Below are positions 1 to 8,000 of a DNA stretch of 24,683 bases, piece after piece. Under the pieces are notes generated by a model that was not told where the DNA came from, did no database searches, and saw nothing but the letters and a program-made list of their open reading frames with translations. The stretch covers positions 1-24,683 of IMG/VR virus record IMGVR_UViG_3300032328_000769; one strand, 5' to 3'. The stretch comes from a virus. Its lineage: Duplodnaviria > Caudoviricetes. The translations under genes were made by a program, and so were the position numbers. How positions within the stretch are numbered: the first letter of the stretch is position 1; each line of letters starts with the position of its first letter.

Positions 1-507
1 ACTGTTGACCAAAATATAATTGAAATCCGCCACTGGACTTTCGGACGCATAAGTCGGCGATACCGATTGCACAATGCCGTTGATCCGGAAGTCAATCGTA
101 TTCGCCACCGTGTTAATCTTTGCATAGACATGAAACAGCGTGCCAAGGGCCACCGTCGTTGTAGATGTGATGTCCGGTGGAGGAAAACCAGACGATCCAA
201 CGACGATTTTGATGTTGCCAGCATGCGTGCGGATAACCGAAAAACCCCGTGGCGATATGACCGTATCATCGACGCTGAACAAACTGGTTTCACTCGTGCC
301 ACCCTTGGCATCCATCCGAAACCAACCGGAGAATGTCAGTTGTGTTGTGGTTGTCACAGGGGCCATGCTATCGCTTTTAAGCAAATACGCCGTATTCCCC
401 AGCGTGTTGGATGTATTGAAAAATATACCCGATGGTGCAAAAACAGAGCCTCCGACAAGACCCCCTCCTGTTAGCATAATAGAAGAAAGCCCCAATGAAA
501 TCGGCAT
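1..507 (-). CDS. LamG/concanavalin-A-like domain protein, putative head fibre or receptor-binding protein (3'-partial, runs off the window; absent from the ORF track)
   Basis: Manual translation from the ATG at 507-505, which overlaps the upstream TGA (TGATG), stays open to position 1 (169 codons): MPISLGLSSIMLTGGGLVGGSVFAPSGIFF...QLTFSGWFRMD...DITSTTTVALGTLFHVYAKINTVANTIDFRINGIVQ. The TFSGWFR, HV and xING pattern is typical of LamG-like beta sandwiches. Confidence 0.8.
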   Translation of the reverse strand, partial: MPISLGLSSIMLTGGGLVGGSVFAPSGIFFNTSNTLGNTAYLLKSDSMAPVTTTTQLTFSGWFRMDAKGGTSETSLFSVDDTVISPRGFSVIRTHAGNIKIVVGSSGFPPPDITSTTTVALGTLFHVYAKINTVANTIDFRINGIVQSVSPTYASESPVADFNYILVNS

Positions 508-743
508 CACACAATCCCTTGGCTCACCAAATCAGCCCATGTCACGCGCGTTTTACCAGAGTAATACGTTTGCAGGAAATAATTATCAGGAACATAGACC
601 TTTGTACCCGTCTTTGCGGGCAGCCAATCATAAGCCTTGTACGTCTTTGTTTCTGGGCGCGGGATGCCCTCTTGCTGACAGACAATGTCATGATCTGCTG
701 ATGCCAATTCCGGCGTGTCGTAAATGATATAATATTCGCTCAT
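507..743 (-). CDS. Hypothetical 78-aa protein between two LamG-like genes (possible fibre partner or chaperone)
   Basis: ATGA overlap with the upstream stop and TGATG overlap with the downstream start. Tyr/Thr-rich, with no recognised family. Confidence 0.75.
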   Translation of the reverse strand: MSEYYIIYDTPELASADHDIVCQQEGIPRPETKTYKAYDWLPAKTGTKVYVPDNYFLQTYYSGKTRVTWADLVSQGIV

Positions 744-1522
744 ATGCCATACTTTCCTTTAAAATAAGATTCCGCCGCAGCTCTGTCTGCTACCGTTGCT
801 GTGCGATTGATGATAAACAATTCGGGCCAGCGTTGCACCAAAGAATACTGCGCCGCAGCCGCCCCCGATTCTTTTCCAATACCAAAGCGCGTTGCATTTG
901 AAATTGTGCCTGTCCACGCACCTGTGTTGACCAAAGAATTATTTCTATACGCATCCATTGTGTTGCCCGTGTCATTTGCAACAAGTGTTGTTGTACCGTA
1001 AGAGCCTGTTGCCAATGAATATCCAGATCCCAAAAACACGTTATTAAAAAACGCGCGCATGCTGGTCAGTTGGGCATTTTGCTGATGAAAAACAGCGCGG
1101 GTTGCCCCGTCATAATCGTTGCTGGTCCCAACATAGCATGACACGTGCCTGCGATTGTTCACGCCTGTTGCATATGCATCCAACTGATAAACAGTGAAAA
1201 TTGTCATGTCGGTCGGGAATGTGAAATCTGCATACATGTTTTTGGAGAAAGTGTCATGATGTACGACTGTGCGCCCGCCAAAATCAGTCGTCAGTGCATT
1301 CGGTTGATTGGCCTTTGCGTTTGTCACAAGACTTGCGCCGCCCGCAATCTTGGAGGCAATTTGAGAAATTGTCGTGGCCGGCGCGCCCGTGTCCAGCGTC
1401 ACAGTTGACGCATCCGTGGCATCCCACCACTGGATCAAAGCAGACCCAAAAAGCGTCAAAGGATTTGCGCCGACAAAATTATCCGCATTCAAACCAAGAG
1501 ATAATCCTAAAAAAATGCTCAT
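740..1522 (-). CDS. LamG/ConA-like lectin-fold virion protein, putative head fibre
   Basis: ATGA-coupled to the o-spanin. N-terminus MSIFLGLSLGLNA; motifs LIQWWDATDASTVT, MTIFTVY, YRNNSLV, FGIG and ELFIINR...ESYFKGKYGI, which I recognise from phage LamG-type proteins. Confidence 0.8.
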   Translation of the reverse strand: MSIFLGLSLGLNADNFVGANPLTLFGSALIQWWDATDASTVTLDTGAPATTISQIASKIAGGASLVTNAKANQPNALTTDFGGRTVVHHDTFSKNMYADFTFPTDMTIFTVYQLDAYATGVNNRRHVSCYVGTSNDYDGATRAVFHQQNAQLTSMRAFFNNVFLGSGYSLATGSYGTTTLVANDTGNTMDAYRNNSLVNTGAWTGTISNATRFGIGKESGAAAAQYSLVQRWPELFIINRTATVADRAAAESYFKGKYGI

Positions 1523-1764
1523 TTTTTCCTCAAGGCTCTCGTTTGCTCGCGCATAATGTGATAATCGACTATAAAATTATTTAACGCAGGGCAGGCATTG
1601 CTTTCAATCTCATTTGCGGCTTGAGCCATAACAGACTTCGAGTATGGCTTAATATCGGGCAAAACCCTAGAAGGAACCGTCTCGCAGCCGCTTAATAACG
1701 TCAGACACATCAGGGGGATTGGAGCGAATCTCGTCCAGCTTTTGAACATCTTTGAGTGTCTCAT
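1519..1764 (-). CDS. o-spanin (Rz1-like outer-membrane lipoprotein)
   Basis: Basic N-terminus, hydrophobic stretch and lipobox LSGC. Overlaps the 3' part of the i-spanin in another frame. GAGGT SD 5 nt before the ATG at 1764 (alternative start 1749). Confidence 0.85.
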   Translation of the reverse strand: MRHSKMFKSWTRFAPIPLMCLTLLSGCETVPSRVLPDIKPYSKSVMAQAANEIESNACPALNNFIVDYHIMREQTRALRKK

Positions 1765-1885
1765 TTGCCACCTCTATCTTGTTTGAATTGTCCTCATCTG
1801 TACGCCCCTTAAAATATACCACGCTCGACACAGTCAAAAATAGGCCGATAAATACGATAATGATCCATAGGTTAATTGTTGTCAT
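1667..1885 (-). CDS. i-spanin (Rz-like), 72 aa
   Basis: Start reassigned to ATG 1885 (MTTINLWIIIVFIGLFLTVSSVVYFKG, an N-terminal TM helix), followed by a helical periplasmic part ending RLRDGSF. Lies directly after the endolysin and overlaps the lipoprotein gene. Confidence 0.82.
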   Translation of the reverse strand: MTTINLWIIIVFIGLFLTVSSVVYFKGRTDEDNSNKIEVANETLKDVQKLDEIRSNPPDVSDVIKRLRDGSF

Positions 1886-2360
1886 TGAGACCCTCCAGAC
1901 ACAAAGCACGTTCTTCCTGTCTGCGCTTGACAAGGCCATTGAGTTTCTTGCCGCCCGCATAGACCCAGCGCAATAACTGATCACACGCCTCAATCTTCTT
2001 TCCCTGATTGTACAGCACAACCAGTGTCGATTTGGCAAATTTATCTGTGCCGATATTGTACGTCAGGCTGGACAGCGCAGCGTGTGTTTTGGGTGACATG
2101 GGTTCAGTAATATAATAATCAACCGCCTGACCAAAATAAGCCAGCCGCACGGCCAGCGTTTTGTCGCATTCTTCTTTGGTTTTAACATCGCCTAGCTTGA
2201 CGTTTTCCGTCTCACCCCAGCAGATCGTGGGGATTTTTCTACCGGCATCCAAGTATGCCTTTAAACGCAACCCCTCTGAATTCATTGTCAGGGGCAGCGC
2301 AATCACCATCATCGCGGCCAATCCGGTCTTCTTTGCGTTCTTTTTAAAGAAACTAATCAT
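1872..2360 (-). CDS. Endolysin, GH24 (phage lysozyme), probable SAR type
   Basis: Catalytic E/D/T pattern EGLRLKAYLD-AGRKIPT-ICWGET, plus YNIG, STL, ACDQLLRWVYAGG and GLVKRRQEERALCL. The N-terminal KKNAKK is followed by a weakly hydrophobic segment GLAAMMVIALPLT. Confidence 0.95.
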   Translation of the reverse strand: MISFFKKNAKKTGLAAMMVIALPLTMNSEGLRLKAYLDAGRKIPTICWGETENVKLGDVKTKEECDKTLAVRLAYFGQAVDYYITEPMSPKTHAALSSLTYNIGTDKFAKSTLVVLYNQGKKIEACDQLLRWVYAGGKKLNGLVKRRQEERALCLEGLNDNN

Positions 2361-2638
2361 TTTGATAGTGATCCTTTAATCTCACCAACAGCAGAAATAA
2401 GCGTGTCAATTTTCTTGTTCATTGACTCCAGATGATCGCCATTTTTGTCTTGATTTTTTTCTATATTTTTTATCTCAGCAGATTGGCGTGCGAGCGTGTT
2501 TTCCATTGTATTAATCTCTTTCCCCAGTTGGCCAAATTTGTCGTCCACACGCCTGCGATCAAGCCAATCCAAAATGGTTGCGATAGCACCACCGATAGCA
2601 CCGCCCAATGCTCCACCGACTCCAGCATCAAAGTCCAT
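2357..2638 (-). CDS. Putative holin/antiholin: one N-terminal Gly/Ala-rich TM segment plus coiled coil
   Basis: GVGGALGGAIGGAIATILDWL followed by RRR and a heptad-like region. ATGA-coupled directly upstream of the endolysin. Confidence 0.6.
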   Translation of the reverse strand: MDFDAGVGGALGGAIGGAIATILDWLDRRRVDDKFGQLGKEINTMENTLARQSAEIKNIEKNQDKNGDHLESMNKKIDTLISAVGEIKGSLSK

Positions 2639-3143
2639 CCAGCCATACTCCCATTGCTATACCTATGACCGCGCCATAAATTGGCTCAGCATAGGCCCAT
2701 CCCTTTTGCCCCCGTAATGCAGCAATTGACGAACCGATAAAATAGCAGACAGGAAATGTTGCCCCTGCTGGCACGAACCATACGCAGCCAGTGATTAAAG
2801 TCAGTAATGCGCCCCAAGAAAGACCATATTGCAGGGCCTTCATGATGCCGTACGATCGTCCAAAGCCTCCGGTCATGTAATCGCCCCAGCCGCCTTGATA
2901 GTCACCAACGGCCCCAGCCTCTTCGCCCATAGAGGAATAGCAATAGGCCCACGCCAGTGTGAACAGGACGGCTTGCAACGGAGATACGATAAAGAGTAAA
3001 GGGATCAGGACGATTAGCAACGGCAGAACGCGCTTGAGACGATAAAATTCCACCAGTTCTTTGTATTTCGGAAATGCGTCAAGCCATCCACCCTTTGCGC
3101 AGTAGGCCAAAGCCATCACAAAAACTGCAAAAACATAAATCAT
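2628..3143 (-). CDS. Multi-pass membrane protein of unknown function
   Basis: Several hydrophobic segments (MIYVFAVFVMALAYC; VLPLLIVLIPLLFIVSPLQAVLFTLAWAY; YGLSWGALLTLITGCVWFV; IYGAVIGIAMGVWL). ATG 3143 is preferred over GTG 3155 because GGGG lies upstream. Confidence 0.8.
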   Translation of the reverse strand: MIYVFAVFVMALAYCAKGGWLDAFPKYKELVEFYRLKRVLPLLIVLIPLLFIVSPLQAVLFTLAWAYCYSSMGEEAGAVGDYQGGWGDYMTGGFGRSYGIMKALQYGLSWGALLTLITGCVWFVPAGATFPVCYFIGSSIAALRGQKGWAYAEPIYGAVIGIAMGVWLDGL

Positions 3144-3158
3144 CAATGGCCCCACAAT

Positions 3159-4970
3159 TTAATCATCGCGGCCTCTTGTGTCGATATAACCCAGAGTTCT
3201 TATTGCAATATTTACACCACCACTCTGCGCCACACATTTTATCTGTGATGAAGTGTTTGTTCGCACAAACGCTGGCGCTAAACCTTGACCAGAAAAATTA
3301 TCAGTTTGTGTACAGCCGGCATTAGATGTACCTGAGGCAATTGCTGCAGCAGATGGATCATAAGCATAAATTGCCTGCCCTGAATCGTTTTGAAAATTGA
3401 AATACCCAACAACTGAACGCCCTAGCGGTGTTCTCACCGTGGCATTGGCAGGCGTGGCACTTGCCGCAACAGTTTGATAAATTGGCGTTGACCAAAATAC
3501 AAAATCACCTTGCTGGAAAAAAGCCTTAAGGTTTGTGCCTTCTGTGTATACAGAGCCAATCAATCTTTTTTGAGTATAATTGGTCGGCATGGTCGGCGCG
3601 CTGGCCGATTTTGAAAATAACACATCAACAACACTAGTGTCAGGCCGTCTAATTAGCCATATATGATACCACGTGTCAGATGTTTTGCTGCCCGTATCAA
3701 GTCCGCCCTGATTTGTGCCAACCGCCCAGGATTCATCCAGTCTTTTTGTAAGAGCAGACGCAAGCACCATTGACACGGCATTGGTTGAATCCCTTGCAAC
3801 ACCTGCGCTGATATCAATGTCATTATTTGCATCAGAGCCGTTATTTGAAAGCACTAAACCTGCAATATACCCACGAAAGCCAAATAAATCCAAAACTGCC
3901 TTGACGTTTGCAGGCGTGGTCGCGCGCGTCGTATCGGTTCCGGTGATAGCCTCAGCATCCGTTGCCAGCTCAACAACGCCAGTTGCGGACGCACTGGCCG
4001 CTTGTTTGATATTATTAAAGGCTGTGGCGGCGTTCACCACATCGCTCAAATTATTTGCCCGCAGCATATCGCCCGTTCCTGATCCAGGAGCGCCCTGCGC
4101 CCCAGTTGCGCCCGTTGCGCCACGCTCTCCAGCAACGCGGATTGTCCAATCAGTAAACGTGCCTGTCCCCGTTACAACAGCAATATCCACGGTCAATGCG
4201 CCGGTCGTGCTATTGTAAGCCGTGACCGTTCCAAACATGTTGCGATTTGTCGGGTCAGCATCCGATGAAATCAATACGCGCGTCGGCACGGTAAAGAATT
4301 TCCCGCCCTGAGTGGTAAAAGATTTTGACCCCGTTCCAATTGTCGTGCTGGTGACTGATGTACCAACCAATTGCGCCGCACTTGCCGCAGCTGCGGTTGC
4401 GCTAGCAGAAGCCGCACTCACAGACGCAGCAATGCTGCTAATACTGCCATTGATCGAATCAAGATCACTTAATGTCAAAGACGACACGGCAGGCTCGCCG
4501 TCAGCATCAAAGCCCAGCACCTTGCTGGCACGCGATGCCTTGAGTGGCAGGGTCATATTGAGATTATCTTCATCGTCTGCAGCAGGAGCAGCAATTGAGC
4601 GCCCCATCACTGCGGCTATTTCCTGCGCAATAATTGTAATGCGATCAAAGGAATTGCCGTGCGTCTCTGGGAAAAAATCAGCCTGATTGTTGTAATTTGT
4701 AGGCTGTGTCTTTGCAACAATACTTTCAATCAAAAGTTTTTCGCCCGTTGCCAATGCGGTCGTCAGCGTCAAACTTCCCCCGTCGCGGCCATTGCCCACC
4801 AGTGTGATCGTGTAATCAGTTGGTGTGTTCAGCGAGGTCAGGACATTGCTTGTATTGTAGCGCGTGACCCTGATATCGGCCGACGCAAGTGTTCTAAAAT
4901 TCCATGTAAACGGGCCTGTGGAGCCACTGCCGTTATATCTTTTTGTGCGTGGCAGAGCAGAAACTGTCAT
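3159..4970 (-). CDS. Tail fibre protein (T7 gp17-like N-terminal attachment domain)
   Basis: N-terminal RYNGSGSTGPFTWNFRTL...HGNSFDRITIIAQE adaptor-binding pattern, Ala/Ser-rich linker, short collagen-like GERGATGATGAQGAP, fibre motif ATGVVELATDAEAITGTDTTRATTP, and a beta-rich C-terminus. GGAG SD upstream. Confidence 0.9.
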   Translation of the reverse strand: MTVSALPRTKRYNGSGSTGPFTWNFRTLASADIRVTRYNTSNVLTSLNTPTDYTITLVGNGRDGGSLTLTTALATGEKLLIESIVAKTQPTNYNNQADFFPETHGNSFDRITIIAQEIAAVMGRSIAAPAADDEDNLNMTLPLKASRASKVLGFDADGEPAVSSLTLSDLDSINGSISSIAASVSAASASATAAAASAAQLVGTSVTSTTIGTGSKSFTTQGGKFFTVPTRVLISSDADPTNRNMFGTVTAYNSTTGALTVDIAVVTGTGTFTDWTIRVAGERGATGATGAQGAPGSGTGDMLRANNLSDVVNAATAFNNIKQAASASATGVVELATDAEAITGTDTTRATTPANVKAVLDLFGFRGYIAGLVLSNNGSDANNDIDISAGVARDSTNAVSMVLASALTKRLDESWAVGTNQGGLDTGSKTSDTWYHIWLIRRPDTSVVDVLFSKSASAPTMPTNYTQKRLIGSVYTEGTNLKAFFQQGDFVFWSTPIYQTVAASATPANATVRTPLGRSVVGYFNFQNDSGQAIYAYDPSAAAIASGTSNAGCTQTDNFSGQGLAPAFVRTNTSSQIKCVAQSGGVNIAIRTLGYIDTRGRDD

Positions 4971-4984
4971 CAGCGTTCTCCACT

Positions 4985-5031
4985 GGCAACTCCGGTATGT
5001 TTAAAATACCTCATGCATAACATAAAAACAA
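4985..5031 (-). promoter_or_regulatory. Putative sigma70-type promoter with ACCGGAG leader element upstream of the tail fibre/lysis genes
   Basis: TTGTTT (5031-5026), N17, TATTTT (5008-5003), then after 6 nt ACCGGAGTTGCC (4996-4985), all in a 69-nt intergenic gap. Confidence 0.5.
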
Positions 5032-5039
5032 GATTAAGA

Positions 5040-8000
5040 TCACTTTTGCGGAGGCGTGCCCGCAATCAATCCGCGCACCACATCACCGGCATTCTCAGGA
5101 TCAACGCGACCGGCTTCAATATCGGCCAGATACCCCGCCGGCTTGCCCAGCTGGCCCAATGGCAGGCCTGTAATAAAGCCCAAGGTTGTCAGAGCAGAGC
5201 GCACGCGCCGCCCATCGTTTTCGTTTTCGCCCTGTAATTCCCTAGCAATAAATTTACCCGCGCCCTCAGCATAGCTCAAAACCGGCGATACGGTCATGCG
5301 GTCATCAAAAGGCTTATCGTTGCCCAGATTCATCATCCAGTTCCCCACTTGCCCCAAATAAGGCACGGTTGCCGCAGCATAACGAAATTGAGCGCCGGAC
5401 ATCCACGCTAGATAATCGTCCAGTATTTGCCCGTCTTCATCTTCATCATCAGGCAAATCATCGCGCAGGTATTTAATAATCATTTCTGCCGCAATTGCTG
5501 GGATAGCAACGGTCATCATGTACAAGTAAAACAGACGCGGCGCGCCGGACCAGCCAAATTCAGAAATAATGTTTTTTGTCTCCGAGCCAATAAGATTGTC
5601 TTGGTTATTAAAATGTGAATAAAACATTAGAAACAGCTTTGCCCCTTCCGATCCCGCCTCCAGCGCACTGATATCCTCGGGCGTTAAAGAACCTTGTGTT
5701 GTGCGAACAATTGAATCAGCATAAAGAATGGCCTCTGCGTCTGAATTTCCTTTTTCAATCCATTGGCTGTAAGCCGCCTGCCATGTAATGTTATCAACAT
5801 AATTTTGAAACAGCCTTTGAAAAATATACCCGTGTTTCATTGCGAAATTTTTGGTTTTTGTCAAAGCACCTTTGCGACCGATCAGATCATTGATCTCCAT
5901 CATCAACTCAGAATCCAAAACATTTTGCCGCACGCGCATAAATTGCGAAAGCTGGCGCACCTCGCGCGCACTGGCCAATGGATTGAGATTATGCCGTACA
6001 AAGGCTTGCGCAAAATTTACCGGCCCGACCTTATAAATAGATACTGAAAATCCGGTCAAGTTCTGCAAAGCGTTTGAAAGATTGCCCATCATCGCCTGAG
6101 CTGATGAAGTTGTGCGCAACCAGCGCGCAGCACGATTGCGTAAAGATATTCCGCTTTGACCGGCCGGACTTGGCTCGCTGATCAATTGCTGCGCAACACG
6201 CTGCAGCCAGGGCATGAGCATCTGCCCATAGGCTTCTGAATCCACCGCCTTCAATGCATCCTTAAATCCCTGATCATTGACCAGTGATGAAACCTGCCGC
6301 ACCGCCGGTTCAAGGTATGCAAAACGCAGCACCTGATCGATGTGATTTGTGGCCAAGCGCAGATCAGTGCTCAGGGGTTTTTTGTATCCAGTGACACGCG
6401 ATTTTGTGAAGCCTTTGTTTGTTGCGGCAACCATGAACTGCTTTGATTCCTGCAGCGCACGCTCAATGTTCTTTGAATCCACTTGATCATAATCGACTAC
6501 CGCCGGCCAATAGCCGCCCTCAATTGCTCCCCAGCGCGTCTGCACCGGCTGCGATTCAACCTCTTCAAATCTATATCCATAAAGGTCTTTATGCGCTTTT
6601 TGTGATATTGGCTTCAAATCTTCTGCCAATCCCCACAGCGAACGAACAATTTTCCAATCTTGTTCGGTAATCCGGCCATCATTTTCAAGCGCGCGAATTG
6701 CATCCCAAAAGGTTGACTGGTTAATGCCATAACCACCGAGCAATTTATCAAGATTACTTTCATTGCCCGTGTGCAGCAAGAACCCGATGAGTTCCATGCG
6801 GTCACGAAACACCATCCGCACCGCTTGGCCGTTTTGATTTTTGATCAATTCAGGCGCAGATATCTTGCCTTTTTGCTGCAAATATTCTTTATGTTCACTG
6901 AAAATATGCGCCAATCTTTGAAACCAATGCGTGCGAGATTCGCGATAAGATATGGATGCCTTCGTAATCGGATTCCAAAAATACGTACGAAACGGCCCGC
7001 CATATCCCCTATCCTGTACATTGGTCCAGTGCTCTACGCGGCTCTTTGCAGCATTTATTGACAACAAATTCTTGCGCATTTTATTCAAACCATAGACCTG
7101 CGTGCCCTCAATAACAGGGGCTTGCGCTTTTTGGGCCAGACTCTCTTTAAGCTCTCCCAATGCCGTTTCACGCTGCACGCGTTTCTCACCAATTTGAAAC
7201 TCGCGCACGCGCCGCGCCACATGCATGATCTCGCGCACGGCATTGTAAATGTCCATGTATTCGGCAACACTCAACTCTTTGGCAGGCTTTGCATCCGTTT
7301 TTATGATCTGCGTCAACTTAACCAAATCCTGTGCAACCTGCGGATCACTTTCCTCAAGGGCATCAATCCATTTTTCAATATTAAAATTTTCGCCGCCCAG
7401 ACCAAATTTATGCAGCACATAACGCGCTGCGCCGACCACATCGATATCGCTGCCACCGGCCAGCGTCTTATCCTTCGCATCCACGCGCCGAAATAAATCC
7501 TCAGCTTTTTCGCGGACATCTTTAAAATTCTGCAGGGATTTATAAATTGCCTGATTAAGCATTGCACGCTGTAAATGCAGCATTGCCTCTTGTGGCTTGC
7601 CCGCGCGGCTTTTCTGCAAAGCCATGCGCAATTCTTTTTCCCGCGCCACCTCATACCGGAATACGTAATTGACTTCTGCCATGCGCATTTTAGCGACCTG
7701 CGATTGCGCCATGATTTTGGCAAATTGTTTCATCGACACCGGCGTCGACCCAAACTGTTTGCTAAGCTCTTTAATCATCAAATCCAGAGCAAGCAACACA
7801 CGGTCATTTATGACCGCAGGGAGGGCTTTGATTTTTAATTGGCCATTGACCATGGAATCAGGATAATCGCGCTGCAAAGCCTCCTTACCCTGTTTTCTGG
7901 CCAGATAATCGATATCCTTGGCCTGACGCAGCGCCTTGAGCATTTCATCGCCCGTGGTGTAACCATAAGTCTCCGCCGCAACATCGGCCGGAATAGCCCC

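Noticed and set aside
67-727. Plus-strand ORFs of 135 and 195 aa
   Set aside because: They are antisense shadows of the real minus-strand genes <1..507 and 507..743, which are coupled by stop/start overlaps and show LamG-like motifs.
1886-2038. N-terminal extension of the i-spanin ORF given in the track; likewise starts at 23678 and 21759
   Set aside because: The extensions overlap other genes or leader elements. The downstream starts (1885, 23651, 21729) give family-typical N-termini, and 23651 and 21729 have clear SDs.
2867-2875. TGACCGGAG match to the leader motif inside the membrane protein gene
   Set aside because: It encodes Met-Thr-Gly-Gly and has no -10-like hexamer at the expected spacing (GCTGGG), so it is probably chance.
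1-4970. Diversity-generating retroelement, expected by analogy with BPP-1
   Set aside because: No reverse transcriptase or avd gene and no TR/VR repeat pair with adenine-specific mismatches was seen in the window. One could still exist outside it.
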